Source: Candidatus Dadabacteria bacterium
Lineage (GTDB): Bacteria > Desulfobacterota_D > UBA1144 > Nemesobacterales > CSP1-2
Length of the DNA stretch: 64,000 nt
Direction of reading: 5' to 3'
Assembly: GCA_963805855.1 (NCBI GenBank)
Contig: CAWDVW010000002.1
Location: 288,001-352,000, forward strand
Shown: piece after piece, positions 21,642 to 32,858 of the stretch
How the letters are laid out: every line of letters starts with the position of its first letter
Numbering within the stretch: position 1 is the first letter of the stretch
Notes under the pieces: generated by a model
Seen by the model: the letters and a program-made list of their open reading frames with translations, nothing else
Databases searched by the model: none
What the model was told of the DNA's origin: nothing
Translations under genes and position numbers: made by a program

Positions 21642-21668
21642 GTCACGAGCTAGACTCGTGACCTACCC
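21642..21668 (-). repeat. GTAG-type REP hairpin GGGTAGGTCACGAGTCTAGCTCGTGAC
   Basis: Related copies at 58787 and 59884. Confidence 0.75.
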
Positions 21669-21742
21669 TGGTATGAGGTAAGCTCCTGCTTCGCAAAATT
21701 CGCAGGGACGAGAGCGAGCGTTGTCTGAGTCGCTAATAACAC

Positions 21743-21762
21743 ATTTATTCAGGCCCGACCCT
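21743..21762. repeat. REP-like repeat, right arm ATTTATTCAGGCCCGACCCT
   Basis: Inverted copy of 14854-14873. Confidence 0.7.
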
Positions 21763-21768
21763 GTTATG

Positions 21769-22593
21769 TCACATTCCTGGTCGCGAATAGGGAAGCGCCG
21801 TCTCAGATACAAGAAGTGGAGAACCTAGTGGGACCGTTTTCACGAACCACTCTGAGTCTTTGATAGGAATGCGGATGCAGCCATGACTCGCAGGGTAAGG
21901 CGGCACAAACAGGTCCCCATGGACTGCGTAACCATCCACCTGGAAGAAGACAGGGTTGAACAACTCTCCTAAATGGTCCTTGTGAATTCCCCAAGAATGA
22001 GCGAAGAAATCAAAGTCGCCGATTGGCGTTTTTGCGACGCCAATCCCTCCTTCGAGATCTTCATACGATTTGCCCGAACCGCTTGAAATTGGAAGGACGC
22101 GGAGAATATCGTTATTTAAATACACAGTCATGACCTGGCGTTCGAGGTCAGCCTCTGAATGTATTCCTTTATGCACCTGTGCAGGCCGGGGTTGAATGGG
22201 GTTTTTCAATGCCATGATAACTCCGGGACTAATCTTGCCATCCCTCTTCAGCCCGTTCATCTTCTGAAATGCGATCAAGGCACACTCAAATAAAGGGTCT
22301 GCATTTCCGTCAACTTCGCCAGGGTCGTAGCCCAGGCGGCTTAGCTTCTGCTCGATTGCCTTAACGTGCTCCTCATCCCGCATTGACGGTGTCTTTTCTG
22401 AATTGGAATTGGTGCTCCCTTCTTTAACAGCATCGGCATCCCTGCACAGGGTTACGGCAACCGTCTCTCCCAGAGCATGATCAACCATCAGCAGGGAAGG
22501 CAGAATAGATAAAGTTATTAGCAGACAAAATTTCATGAGGGGGTTTAAATTAAAACGTCCAGATGACCTTCTGTAATTCATAGCGTCTGTCAA
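21769..22593 (-). CDS. L,D-transpeptidase with peptidoglycan-binding domain
   Basis: LGYDPGEVDG...AFQKMNGLKRDG; YAVHG...PASHGCIRI YkuD motif. Confidence 0.92.
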   Translation of the reverse strand: MTDAMNYRRSSGRFNLNPLMKFCLLITLSILPSLLMVDHALGETVAVTLCRDADAVKEGSTNSNSEKTPSMRDEEHVKAIEQKLSRLGYDPGEVDGNADPLFECALIAFQKMNGLKRDGKISPGVIMALKNPIQPRPAQVHKGIHSEADLERQVMTVYLNNDILRVLPISSGSGKSYEDLEGGIGVAKTPIGDFDFFAHSWGIHKDHLGELFNPVFFQVDGYAVHGDLFVPPYPASHGCIRIPIKDSEWFVKTVPLGSPLLVSETALPYSRPGM

Positions 22594-22636
22594 TTTCTAT
22601 TTGTGGTAATCAAATTTAATCTTGTCAGACAAGCTT

Positions 22637-23398
22637 CTATGTCAGGGTCTCTCCCGGTTTTAACTCGAGAATCTCCATGCCTTTAACGTCCTTCGTAAGC
22701 TCCCTAAGCTCCGCGGGAGTTCCAGTTAGAATAGGGAACGTGGCATAATGCATAGGGATTACGTACCTGGGTGAAAGGAATCGACAGGCATAGGATGCTT
22801 CTACAGGGGACATGGTGAACCAATCCCCAATTGGCAACATAACGAGTTCCGGCTTGTATATTTCACCGATCAGCTTCATGTCGCTGAAAATACAGGTGTC
22901 TCCAGCATGATAGATCTTAAACCCGTTTTCAAATTCAATCACGTATCCAGCAGGTTCCCCGGCATAAATGATATTACCATCTTCATCTATTATTCCACTG
23001 CTATGCTGGGCGTGGGTCATTGTGAATTTAATCCCCTCAACCGTTTGAGTCCCGCCCTTGTTCATTCCAGAGCAGTTTTCTACGCCCTTAGACCCCATCC
23101 AGTGACTGATTTCAAAGGTTGCTACCACAGTTGGCTTATGCTCCTTTCCGATTGCCACCCCATCGCTCATATGATCAAAGTGACCGTGAGTGATCGCCAT
23201 TATGTCGAGCCTGTCAAATTTCTTGTGATCCTCCGGGCAGGCAGGGTTTCCCTGTACCCAGGGATCTATCAAGATAATCTTACCTTTGGCGGACTTGATT
23301 CTGAAAGTAGCGTGCCCCAGGTAGGTAATTTCAACATCTCGGTTTAACTTTTCCATTTTAATATCTCCGTCAATGTTTAGCGTATTAAAATTATCCAC
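22637..23398 (-). CDS. Metallo-beta-lactamase-fold hydrolase (UPF0173-like)
   Basis: ITYLGHATF, IDPW, THGHFDH, YHAGDT, IPMHY; start may be the second Met. Confidence 0.9.
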   Translation of the reverse strand: MDNFNTLNIDGDIKMEKLNRDVEITYLGHATFRIKSAKGKIILIDPWVQGNPACPEDHKKFDRLDIMAITHGHFDHMSDGVAIGKEHKPTVVATFEISHWMGSKGVENCSGMNKGGTQTVEGIKFTMTHAQHSSGIIDEDGNIIYAGEPAGYVIEFENGFKIYHAGDTCIFSDMKLIGEIYKPELVMLPIGDWFTMSPVEASYACRFLSPRYVIPMHYATFPILTGTPAELRELTKDVKGMEILELKPGETLT

Positions 23399-23450
23399 AA
23401 TGGGTGTAACAATGCAAATACGGTCAAAAATATTTTAGATAATAAAATTC

Positions 23451-23882
23451 ATGTTAGACTTAACAAGATTGAAATATAAGTTAATAGATCATACAGCCGA
23501 CGTATGCGTAAGGGTCTCCGGCAACTCACTGGAGGAAATTTTCGTTGGTTCCTCCAAGGCCATGATGGCAATAATCACTGATGTAGAGAAAGTGAATCCG
23601 TCCGTGGAAATTTCAATAAGCGCTCGGGCAGAAAATCATGAAGAGCTCTTGGTCAAGTGGCTTCAAGAGATTCTTTATCTTCACGAGGTTAAGAAAATGG
23701 TCTTCAAAGATTTCGAAATCAAAATAGAAAATGGAACCAAGGCAGTCGGCAAGGCATACGGTGAAAAGATAGATTTTGATAGGCACGAATTCTATTCTAA
23801 TATCAAAGCAGTTACTTATCACAATTTGAAAATTACTTATTCAAAGGATAAATACAGCGTAGACATTGTTTTTGATATATAG
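23451..23882 (+). CDS. Archease
   Basis: DHTAD, LLVKWLQEIL, IKAVTYH, C-terminal VFDI. Confidence 0.93.
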   Translation: MLDLTRLKYKLIDHTADVCVRVSGNSLEEIFVGSSKAMMAIITDVEKVNPSVEISISARAENHEELLVKWLQEILYLHEVKKMVFKDFEIKIENGTKAVGKAYGEKIDFDRHEFYSNIKAVTYHNLKITYSKDKYSVDIVFDI

Positions 23883-24022
23883 TGAAAGTGGTGCCCCGTT
23901 GAGATTAATTTATCCAGGGCCACGGATTTATCTTAAAATATTAAATCAATATCTCTAAACCAAGATCATACGAATAGAATAATATGACAGGCAACTAAAT
24001 TTCTCTAAAGAGACGACAGCAT

Positions 24023-25306
24023 ATGATTGATCCTAAAATTTTGGAAGAAAATATGGAATTGGTAAAGGCAAAATTGTCTCAACGAGGCCAGGGCATAGAC
24101 TTTGATATGATCGTCAGGATTGATGAAGAGCGAAGGAGGGTCATCAGGGAAGTTGAAGAATTTGAGCATCAAAGGAATATCGGTTCAAAAAGAGTGGGTG
24201 AGCTGAAGAGACAAGGCAGTGATGACGAGGCAGCCAAAATTCAGAGCAGGTTAAAAGATATCTCTGAAAACATTAAAGAGCTAAACACAAAAAGAACCCA
24301 GATCGAGAATGATTTCCAACTTCTATTATTAAATATCCCCAACATTCCCCACGAATCTGTACCTATTGGCAATGACGAATCGGACAACCTGGAGATTAGA
24401 CTTTGGGGCAAACCAAGGGAATTCGATTTTGTGTTTAAGGACCATGTAACAATCGGCAAAAGTCTGGATATACTTGATTTAGAAAGGGCAGCAAAAATCA
24501 CCGGTTCACGATTCGCCCTCTACAAGGGTCTCGGGGCAAGAATTGAAAGAGCACTCATAAACTTTATGATTGAAGAACACACAAATAAACATGGATACAC
24601 AGAGGTTCTTCCACCCTTTATCGCAAATCGTGATAGTTTTGTAGGAACCGGCAATCTGCCAAAGTTTGAACACGAACTCTTTAAAATCGAAAATACGGAC
24701 ATGTACCTGATTCCAACCGCAGAAGTCCCGGTTACGAATATCCACAGGGAGGAAATCCTCCTGGAGCAAGAGCTTCCAAAAAAGTATGTTGCCTATACCC
24801 CTTGCTTCAGAAAGGAGGCAGGCTCGTACGGAAAAGACGTGTATGGGATCATGAGACAGCACCAGTTCAACAAGGTCGAGCTGGTAAAATTTGTCCTTCC
24901 AGAAAGTTCTTATGATGAACTTGAAACACTAACAAATGATGCAGCTCGTATCCTCGAGCTTCTTGAGTTACCGTATAGGATAGTAGTCCTGTGTACGGGT
25001 GATATGGGATTCTCCTCCGCGAAGACATACGATCTGGAAGTGTGGGTTCCGAGCGAAAATAGATATAGAGAGATCTCCTCGTGTAGTAACTTTGAAGCCT
25101 TCCAGGCAAGGAGGGCAAATATTAGATACCGTTCAAGCTCCGGTGGCAAACCTAAGTTTGTTCACACCCTAAACGGTTCAGGACTTGCAATAGGTAGAAC
25201 TGTTATTGCCATTCTGGAGAACTATCAAAAAAGTGATGGATCTGTCCAGATACCAAAGGTACTGGTTCCTTATATGGGAGGCGTTAAGAGCATCCCCGCG
25301 CCCTAG
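24023..25306 (+). CDS. serS: Serine--tRNA ligase
   Basis: Coiled-coil N-terminus, LIPTAEVP, FRKEAG, RQHQFNKVE, EISSCSN, HTLNGSGLA. Confidence 0.98.
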   Translation: MIDPKILEENMELVKAKLSQRGQGIDFDMIVRIDEERRRVIREVEEFEHQRNIGSKRVGELKRQGSDDEAAKIQSRLKDISENIKELNTKRTQIENDFQLLLLNIPNIPHESVPIGNDESDNLEIRLWGKPREFDFVFKDHVTIGKSLDILDLERAAKITGSRFALYKGLGARIERALINFMIEEHTNKHGYTEVLPPFIANRDSFVGTGNLPKFEHELFKIENTDMYLIPTAEVPVTNIHREEILLEQELPKKYVAYTPCFRKEAGSYGKDVYGIMRQHQFNKVELVKFVLPESSYDELETLTNDAARILELLELPYRIVVLCTGDMGFSSAKTYDLEVWVPSENRYREISSCSNFEAFQARRANIRYRSSSGGKPKFVHTLNGSGLAIGRTVIAILENYQKSDGSVQIPKVLVPYMGGVKSIPAP

Positions 25307-25317
25307 TCAATTTCTGA

Positions 25318-25361
25318 ATCGTGCACCGTGCATCTTGCATCCTGCATCTTGCATCCTGTAT
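25318..25361. repeat. Tandem heptamer array (TGCATCY-type)
   Basis: atcgtgc accgtgc atcttgc atcctgc atcttgc atcctgt. Confidence 0.8.
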
Positions 25362-25394
25362 TGTATATAACATAGAAACCCAATTTGTATCACC

Positions 25395-26516
25395 ATGAAA
25401 TCTTCGAGCGCGGATTTCGACGTCATAATAGTGGGTGCTGGACCGGCAGGGGGAATGTGTGCTTATGAACTGTCAAAAAACAATATCAGTGTGCTTATAA
25501 TTGAAAAAGAAAGGCTCCCTCGATATAAGACCTGCGCGGGTGGCCTGACGAAGAAGGCCTACGAGATCCTTCCGAAGGATTTTCTGAGCTTAGTTGAAAA
25601 CGACACATACAGAGTAAATCTTACGCTTAATTATAGGTGGGGTTTCTCAAAAATAACATCATTCCCAATAGTAAAAATGGTAATGAGGGATAAATTGGAC
25701 TATTTTCTTGTAAAAAAAGCCGAACATTACGGGGCTCGGATCCTTGATAAAACAGTCATAAAGTCTATTGTGGAGTTATCAGATTGCATTCATGTGAGCA
25801 CTGAAGTAAAAAACTTTAAATCTAAGCTCATCGTGGGAGCAGATGGAATCACCGGATGCGTAGCACGATCCCTTGACTTGAGGAAGCACCCGACATGCGG
25901 CATCGCAATAGAAGGTGAATTAACTCCAAGACACAACTTATCACAATTAAAGGGATTCGATGGTTCCCTTCACCTGGATTTCAACGTCATCCCTAATGGT
26001 TATGGGTGGATTTTCCCGAAGAAGGAACATCTGTCAGTCGGCGTATTCACCACTCTTCCGCAGATGAGAGATATAAAGCGGCATTTTACCTCATACCTCA
26101 AACAGAAAGGACTCACTAATGGTTATCAGACTGAATCACTCACGGGACATCAAATTCCGATAGGAGGCAAGAACCGGGAGCCACTCAACTCGACGAGAGG
26201 AATACTCATAGGAGATGCAGCAGGACTAGCCGACCCGATAACAGGGGAAGGAATATATTTTGCACTCAGGAGCGGTCAAATAGCAGCAGGGGTGATAGGC
26301 AACTTTATCAATAATCCTAATCTCGCGCTGGATGAATACACAAAAGAAGTAAACTCAGAGATCATCGAGGATTTTAAATATGCAGGTTACCTGTCAACTT
26401 TACTATACAAATTAAGCTTCTTATCGTACAACCTTGCAATAAAGATAAACAGGATAAATGATAGCTTCGTGAAAGTTGTAGCCGGGGAAAAAACATATAA
26501 AGAGCTTTTCAGATGA
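25395..26516 (+). CDS. Geranylgeranyl reductase family FAD-dependent oxidoreductase
   Basis: GAGPAG, PRYKTCAGG, VGADG, GYGWIFPK, GDAAGLADPITGEGIYFA. Confidence 0.92.
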   Translation: MKSSSADFDVIIVGAGPAGGMCAYELSKNNISVLIIEKERLPRYKTCAGGLTKKAYEILPKDFLSLVENDTYRVNLTLNYRWGFSKITSFPIVKMVMRDKLDYFLVKKAEHYGARILDKTVIKSIVELSDCIHVSTEVKNFKSKLIVGADGITGCVARSLDLRKHPTCGIAIEGELTPRHNLSQLKGFDGSLHLDFNVIPNGYGWIFPKKEHLSVGVFTTLPQMRDIKRHFTSYLKQKGLTNGYQTESLTGHQIPIGGKNREPLNSTRGILIGDAAGLADPITGEGIYFALRSGQIAAGVIGNFINNPNLALDEYTKEVNSEIIEDFKYAGYLSTLLYKLSFLSYNLAIKINRINDSFVKVVAGEKTYKELFR

Positions 26517-26568
26517 CCGATGAATAGTAACTTCAGCGTATCAATAAGCAACATTTCTTATGAGATAA

Positions 26569-26634
26569 ATGTAGCGGAAACCTTCAGGTTTCCATTCCAT
26601 TTGTCTTATGGAGGACTAAGGTCCTCCGCTACAT
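26569..26634. repeat. REPIN-like doublet GTAGCGGAAACC..GGTTTCC / GGAGGACT.AGGTCCTCCGCTAC
   Basis: Two inverted GTAG hairpins between convergent genes; right half recurs at 59011-59033. Confidence 0.75.
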
Positions 26635-26675
26635 AAGAAAAGAGATATAATTTTCTGTATTCCACATCCAGTGAA

Positions 26676-26909
26676 TCAAAATTCGGCCTCTTTGCTCTTG
26701 TCCCTCTCCAACTTCTGGTAAATACTGAGGAAAATAGGGGCTAAAATTATACAGATAACAAAGACTATCAGACTGTTATAGGCAAGATTTGTTTCTGTTT
26801 CACTTACGCTTGCAAAAAAATGACGGAGCAAGACCATGACTACGAAAAACCCCGAAATCGCAGACAGAACAATTGATATCATAAAAAGGTAAGAGAATAG
26901 CTTAACCAA
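26676..26909 (-). CDS. Small two-TM hypothetical protein
   Basis: AGGAG RBS before TTG, two hydrophobic helices. Confidence 0.6.
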   Translation of the reverse strand: MVKLFSYLFMISIVLSAISGFFVVMVLLRHFFASVSETETNLAYNSLIVFVICIILAPIFLSIYQKLERDKSKEAEF

Positions 26910-27268
26910 ATTTGCTCTCCTTCAACTTATTTATACCAAAATCAATTATCCCGCCACGTATTAATAAAACCCCAGTTGCAAATCGAAAAACATTTTGTAA
27001 AAAACGTGAGATTAACAAGTGAAGCCCGAGATAAGCTTTTTTTTCTGTATTTTAACACAAGACGATATGATCTTTAAGGGGATCAATCGGCCAACTATAA
27101 TCTTGGTTTACATCATACCACTTGAGAGCGCCTAAATTATACAAGAGCGGAAGACATTTATCAGGAAATAAAGCTGGAGGAATACATCTAAAGGTTTGCT
27201 AACATGATGAAATGATTTAAAAATGATTACAAAGTGGGAGAGAAGCACCGGCACCAACAGTACTGTAA

Positions 27269-28586
<1,318 letters not shown>

Positions 28587-29195
28587 CTAATCATCAATCG
28601 GTTCTCCCAACTGGTACCTGATAAATCTCCTTATTACTATGTTTTCCCCAAATTTTGCGACCAAGGATTTTAGCAGATCGGAAATCTTAATCTTCGGGTC
28701 CCTTATATAGGTTTGGTCCAGAAGGCAATTTTCCTCGAAGTACTTAACAATCTTACCCTCAACAATCTTATCCGCGACATTCCCGGTTTTTCCAGAATCT
28801 AAGACCTGGGCCTTTATCACTTCCTTTTCACGAAGTAACACGGCTTCGGGAACGTCTTCTCTACTTACGCAGCTTGGATTGGCTGCCGCAACCTGCATGG
28901 CAATTTCCTTAGCAAAATTTTGGAACTCCTGGTTTCTTGCAACAAAGTCGGTCTCACAGTTAATCTCCGCCATGACTCCGATTTTCCCACCGGCATGTAT
29001 GTACGAGGTGACAGTGCCTTCAGGGGTCTCCCTGCCCATTTTTTTCGAAGCCTTTGCAAGACCTTTTATCCTTAGAATATCTATTGCCCTCTCATAATCG
29101 CCATTAACTTCTTCAAGAGCCTTCTTGCAATCGATAAAAGGGGCACCTGTCCTGTCTCTGATTTCCTTTACCATCTGCGCGGTAATATCACTCAT
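28587..29195 (-). CDS. tsf: Elongation factor Ts (short form)
   Basis: [20 protein letters not shown]. Confidence 0.97.
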   Translation of the reverse strand: MSDITAQMVKEIRDRTGAPFIDCKKALEEVNGDYERAIDILRIKGLAKASKKMGRETPEGTVTSYIHAGGKIGVMAEINCETDFVARNQEFQNFAKEIAMQVAAANPSCVSREDVPEAVLLREKEVIKAQVLDSGKTGNVADKIVEGKIVKYFEENCLLDQTYIRDPKIKISDLLKSLVAKFGENIVIRRFIRYQLGEPIDD

Positions 29196-30075
29196 TTTCT
29201 GTCTCCTCAGTATTTTCGGTCAGATCTGCAGAGTACACTTCCGGACTTAAGCCCGTCCCCGCTTCGTCAGCCTGACCGTATTCTTTAAACACAAAGACCT
29301 TTCTTTCCACAATAACCGGAGCTTTGTCTTCCTCAGGCTTTATGATCTCACCTGCCGCTACCCTCTGATCATAAATATGTTTCCCCTCAAGACAAGCGTC
29401 TGCGACCTTGGAAGTGAAAAGCTTAATAGCCCTTATTGCATCATCATTACTTGGAATAATAATATCAGCATTAGAAGGATCACAATTAGTATCTACAACC
29501 GCTACGATCGGTATATTAAGCTTCTTTGCTTCACTAACCGCGATATGTTCCTTTTTTGTATCTATAATAAACAGCGCTTCCGGAATTTTTTTCAAGTTTA
29601 TAATACCGTTTAAGAGATATTCAAGTTTTTGAATCTCCCTCTTTAATCCCTTTGCTTCCTTCTTTGGAAGACGCTCCATCTGCCCCTCTGATTCGAGGCT
29701 TTTAAGTTCTAATAGATAGTCAATGCGAGAACGGATTGTGTGAAAATTAGTCAATGTCCCCCCTAACCACCTTGTGTTTACAAAAGGCATCGCGCATCTG
29801 ATCGCCTCCTCCGCAATAATACCCTGAGCCTGCTTTTTCGTGCCAACGATAAGAACCTCGCCGCCGTCCGCCACTATATCTTTTACAAAATTGAAGGCTT
29901 TTTTGAAAAGATTCACCGTTTGTTGCAAGTCGATTATATGAATGCCGTTCCGACTTCCAAAAATAAACGGTTTCATCCTCGGATTCCAGTGGCTTACCTG
30001 ATGTCCAAAATGCACGCCGGCCTCAAGCAGTTGCTTCATGCCGACAAATTCCCCAACCTGAGTCTCTTCGACCAT
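29188..30075 (-). CDS. rpsB: 30S ribosomal protein S2
   Basis: [32 protein letters not shown]. Confidence 0.98.
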   Translation of the reverse strand: MVEETQVGEFVGMKQLLEAGVHFGHQVSHWNPRMKPFIFGSRNGIHIIDLQQTVNLFKKAFNFVKDIVADGGEVLIVGTKKQAQGIIAEEAIRCAMPFVNTRWLGGTLTNFHTIRSRIDYLLELKSLESEGQMERLPKKEAKGLKREIQKLEYLLNGIINLKKIPEALFIIDTKKEHIAVSEAKKLNIPIVAVVDTNCDPSNADIIIPSNDDAIRAIKLFTSKVADACLEGKHIYDQRVAAGEIIKPEEDKAPVIVERKVFVFKEYGQADEAGTGLSPEVYSADLTENTEETENE

Positions 30076-30421
30076 AAATACCTCCTGATTAATTTAACAT
30101 TAACATAGAGACAAAATCTAATTTTAATAACATAAAATCGCGAATCTTTCAAGCGTATGCGCAAGTTATGTACAATCTAATTTGCTTATTAGAAACCCCT
30201 TTTTTGTCAAAACCTCATTGGATTAAGGAAGAGAAGTTTAGCTAACATTTTAGATACTATCGGTTGTGACCACTGCTGAACATAGTACATTCATTCTATA
30301 GGCTCAGGGTGTCAGAATCTCAAAATAGTTTTGTTACAATAGTTTTTGTTTAATAAATTAAAAGCTGCTATATTTACTAAAAATTAAGACTCAGGGATAA
30401 CAAAGAGAGGATTATCTACAC

Positions 30422-31303
30422 ATTAAATACCTGATAATAATAAATCCCATCGCCGGTAATGGAAAGACACAAAATCTTGTTCCATCAATCAAGTCCGTCT
30501 TAGATTCAAACAACATACAGTATGACCTTTGCTTCACGTCCGAACCCGGCCAGGCTGCAGAATTATCGAAAGATGGGGTCGACAAGGGGTACACCCATAT
30601 CGTTGCCGTTGGAGGCGATGGCACGGCGCACGAAGTCGTGAATGGCTTAGCCGGCTCCCCTGTGACCTTTGGAATGATACCCTCCGGTAGCGGAAATGAC
30701 TTTCCAAAGGCTGTTGGCATACCACTCGACATCCGATCATCGATAGAATTGCTCGTTCGTAACTCGACAAGGCTAATCGACCTCGGAATGCTGGGGGATC
30801 AATACTTCATAAATGGTCTCGGTATTGGTCTCGACGGCGCAGTCGCAGCTCGTTTCAGTAAAATGAAAAGACTCAGAGGGGAGATTGGATATTTGTGGGG
30901 GGCTATCATCGAGGCAATTAGGTTCCGGGGCTTCCAGATCGAGATTAGCACCGAAAACTGGAAATTCCGCGGGCCCGCTCTTCTTGCCGGCGCGTCAAAT
31001 GGTCAATGCCATGGGGGCAATTTCAAGTTGGTACCCCAGGCCAGAGCAGACGACGGACTCCTAGATATATACGTATTTGAAGATATGTCATTGATTAAGA
31101 GGATAGTCAGTTTGCCCAGGGTTCTTATAGGGAAACATACTAATATGCCAGGAGTACATTTTAAGCAGGTATCCAAAGCCGAAATAACATTGGATCGCGA
31201 AATCCAGGCCCACCTCGATGGAGAGCCGCTTTTGCTCGGTGCCGGGACACACACAATAAGCGTATATCCAAAAGCATTAAAGCTGCTCTCACCCTTATAT
31301 TAG
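30422..31303 (+). CDS. Diacylglycerol/lipid kinase family (YegS/BmrU-like); start extended to an ATT codon
   Basis: Frame upstream of the ORF call encodes IINPIAG and VAVGGDGTAHEVVNG; GSGNDF; in-frame stop at 30398. Confidence 0.85.
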   Translation: MKYLIIINPIAGNGKTQNLVPSIKSVLDSNNIQYDLCFTSEPGQAAELSKDGVDKGYTHIVAVGGDGTAHEVVNGLAGSPVTFGMIPSGSGNDFPKAVGIPLDIRSSIELLVRNSTRLIDLGMLGDQYFINGLGIGLDGAVAARFSKMKRLRGEIGYLWGAIIEAIRFRGFQIEISTENWKFRGPALLAGASNGQCHGGNFKLVPQARADDGLLDIYVFEDMSLIKRIVSLPRVLIGKHTNMPGVHFKQVSKAEITLDREIQAHLDGEPLLLGAGTHTISVYPKALKLLSPLY

Positions 31304-31324
31304 AGTAACTGAAACCCCGAACTC

Positions 31325-32824
31325 TTAATCGTTTGGCGGGGGAAAGTCGGGGCATAAGGGACCGCCTGCTCTAATCCTTGACATCATACCATTGTCCTCG
31401 TGATTCATAATGTGGCAATGGTAAACAAAATTACCGCAGATAACAGGGTCTCTAAAATCGATGGCAACCCTCACCTCGGTCGGTGGATCTTCCGGATCAT
31501 TCTTATAGGGGAGATTAACTGTATCCTGATGACCAATGAACTCCTGCGGCTCGCCATTTATTTCACAGACCTGAAAGTCAGTTTGATGTATATGGAAAAC
31601 ATGATTCTCCCGAGAATCATTAAGTATTCTCCATTGCTCAATCGTTCCGACTGTTATATCGAAATCTACGCGCTTTGGATCGAACTCTTTTCCATTTATA
31701 AAAAAGGTATTGCCATCGGGCGTCTCTGAAAACACAGAGGTCCTTTCCAGCGCCGGAACCTGATCACACAGATTCTCAACCGGAGGAAACTCATTGGGAA
31801 GCGGGAGCGGAATCGGTTCTTCCGGCTTACCCTGAACAACCAACGTTAAAAGGGTGTCCTCAGGATACATATCCCCTTCGGGCCCCATATTTATTGGCAG
31901 TGTTTTAAATTCATAAACTCCTTCGGCTCCGCACTGGACTACAAATTCGGTACGAGAGCTTATAGGGAGGAAGGTGTCATTTCTTGGAACTATCCTAGTA
32001 TGTCTGTTTCCGTCCCTCGCAATTTCAAACATTGTATGCCCTTCGAGCTCCAAATCATAATAGATATCGGCTCCAATGTTGGAAACACGCCACAACTGTG
32101 TCTCTCCCGGCCTGCACACAATGGTCGGGTTAATCATTCCGTTTACCAACCTGTTAGTCGGAGCATCACTATCGATGTCCATCGGTACCTGCCCATCCGG
32201 ATCAATTTGCACATCCTTTAGATAGATTATCTTCTCTTTAATGCCTTGAAGCTCCGGAAAAGGATCCAGCAAACCTTCAACGATTAACCCCCCCGATAGA
32301 CCGCTCATCACCTGGAATTCACCCAGGCCAAATGTATGTGAATGATAATAATACATTCCCTGTGGGTGATTATCCGGAATGGGGATCTCATAGTCGAACG
32401 ATTGGGTCGGCATCACCATGATAAATATATCGTCGCCTGGGCTCAGGGGAGTCACATTCATGCCGTGTGTATGGTTCTGATACATCTGATCGATCATATT
32501 AATAAGTTTTATTTTCATGGTATCCCCAGGTTTAACCCTCAGCACAGGTGGGGTATATGTGCCATTAAACATCCTGCTCGAAAATTTCTGACCGTCTATT
32601 TCTCCTTCGGCAAAATCTATGGTGAGAGTCGCATTCAAAACACCGTTTGAACTAAGGATTTGAGGAGGATTGCGAAAGGTCTCTTTCATTCCGCCACCGC
32701 CGCCATCATCGTCACAGGTTAGACTGAGTATTAAAACCGAAACTAAAATCAAGAAACTAAAGGCGTCCATTATCCGTTTTTGATTTTCTTTAAACTTCCC
32801 GGGCAATGTTCCATTCCTCCTCAA
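31325..32824 (-). CDS. Three-domain multicopper oxidase, probable lipoprotein
   Basis: HTHG, YHSH, HVFHIH, HCHIMNHEDNGMM copper motifs; LSLTC lipobox-like. Confidence 0.92.
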   Translation of the reverse strand: MRRNGTLPGKFKENQKRIMDAFSFLILVSVLILSLTCDDDGGGGGMKETFRNPPQILSSNGVLNATLTIDFAEGEIDGQKFSSRMFNGTYTPPVLRVKPGDTMKIKLINMIDQMYQNHTHGMNVTPLSPGDDIFIMVMPTQSFDYEIPIPDNHPQGMYYYHSHTFGLGEFQVMSGLSGGLIVEGLLDPFPELQGIKEKIIYLKDVQIDPDGQVPMDIDSDAPTNRLVNGMINPTIVCRPGETQLWRVSNIGADIYYDLELEGHTMFEIARDGNRHTRIVPRNDTFLPISSRTEFVVQCGAEGVYEFKTLPINMGPEGDMYPEDTLLTLVVQGKPEEPIPLPLPNEFPPVENLCDQVPALERTSVFSETPDGNTFFINGKEFDPKRVDFDITVGTIEQWRILNDSRENHVFHIHQTDFQVCEINGEPQEFIGHQDTVNLPYKNDPEDPPTEVRVAIDFRDPVICGNFVYHCHIMNHEDNGMMSRIRAGGPLCPDFPPPND

Positions 32825-32858
32825 TTCAGTGGTATGTAAATCTCTCGAGTCGCTTATA

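Noticed and set aside
23432-23459. dif-like ATTTTAGATAA-N6-TCATGTTAGAC
   Set aside because: Three mismatches in the XerD arm, overlaps the archease start, AT-rich context; likely chance
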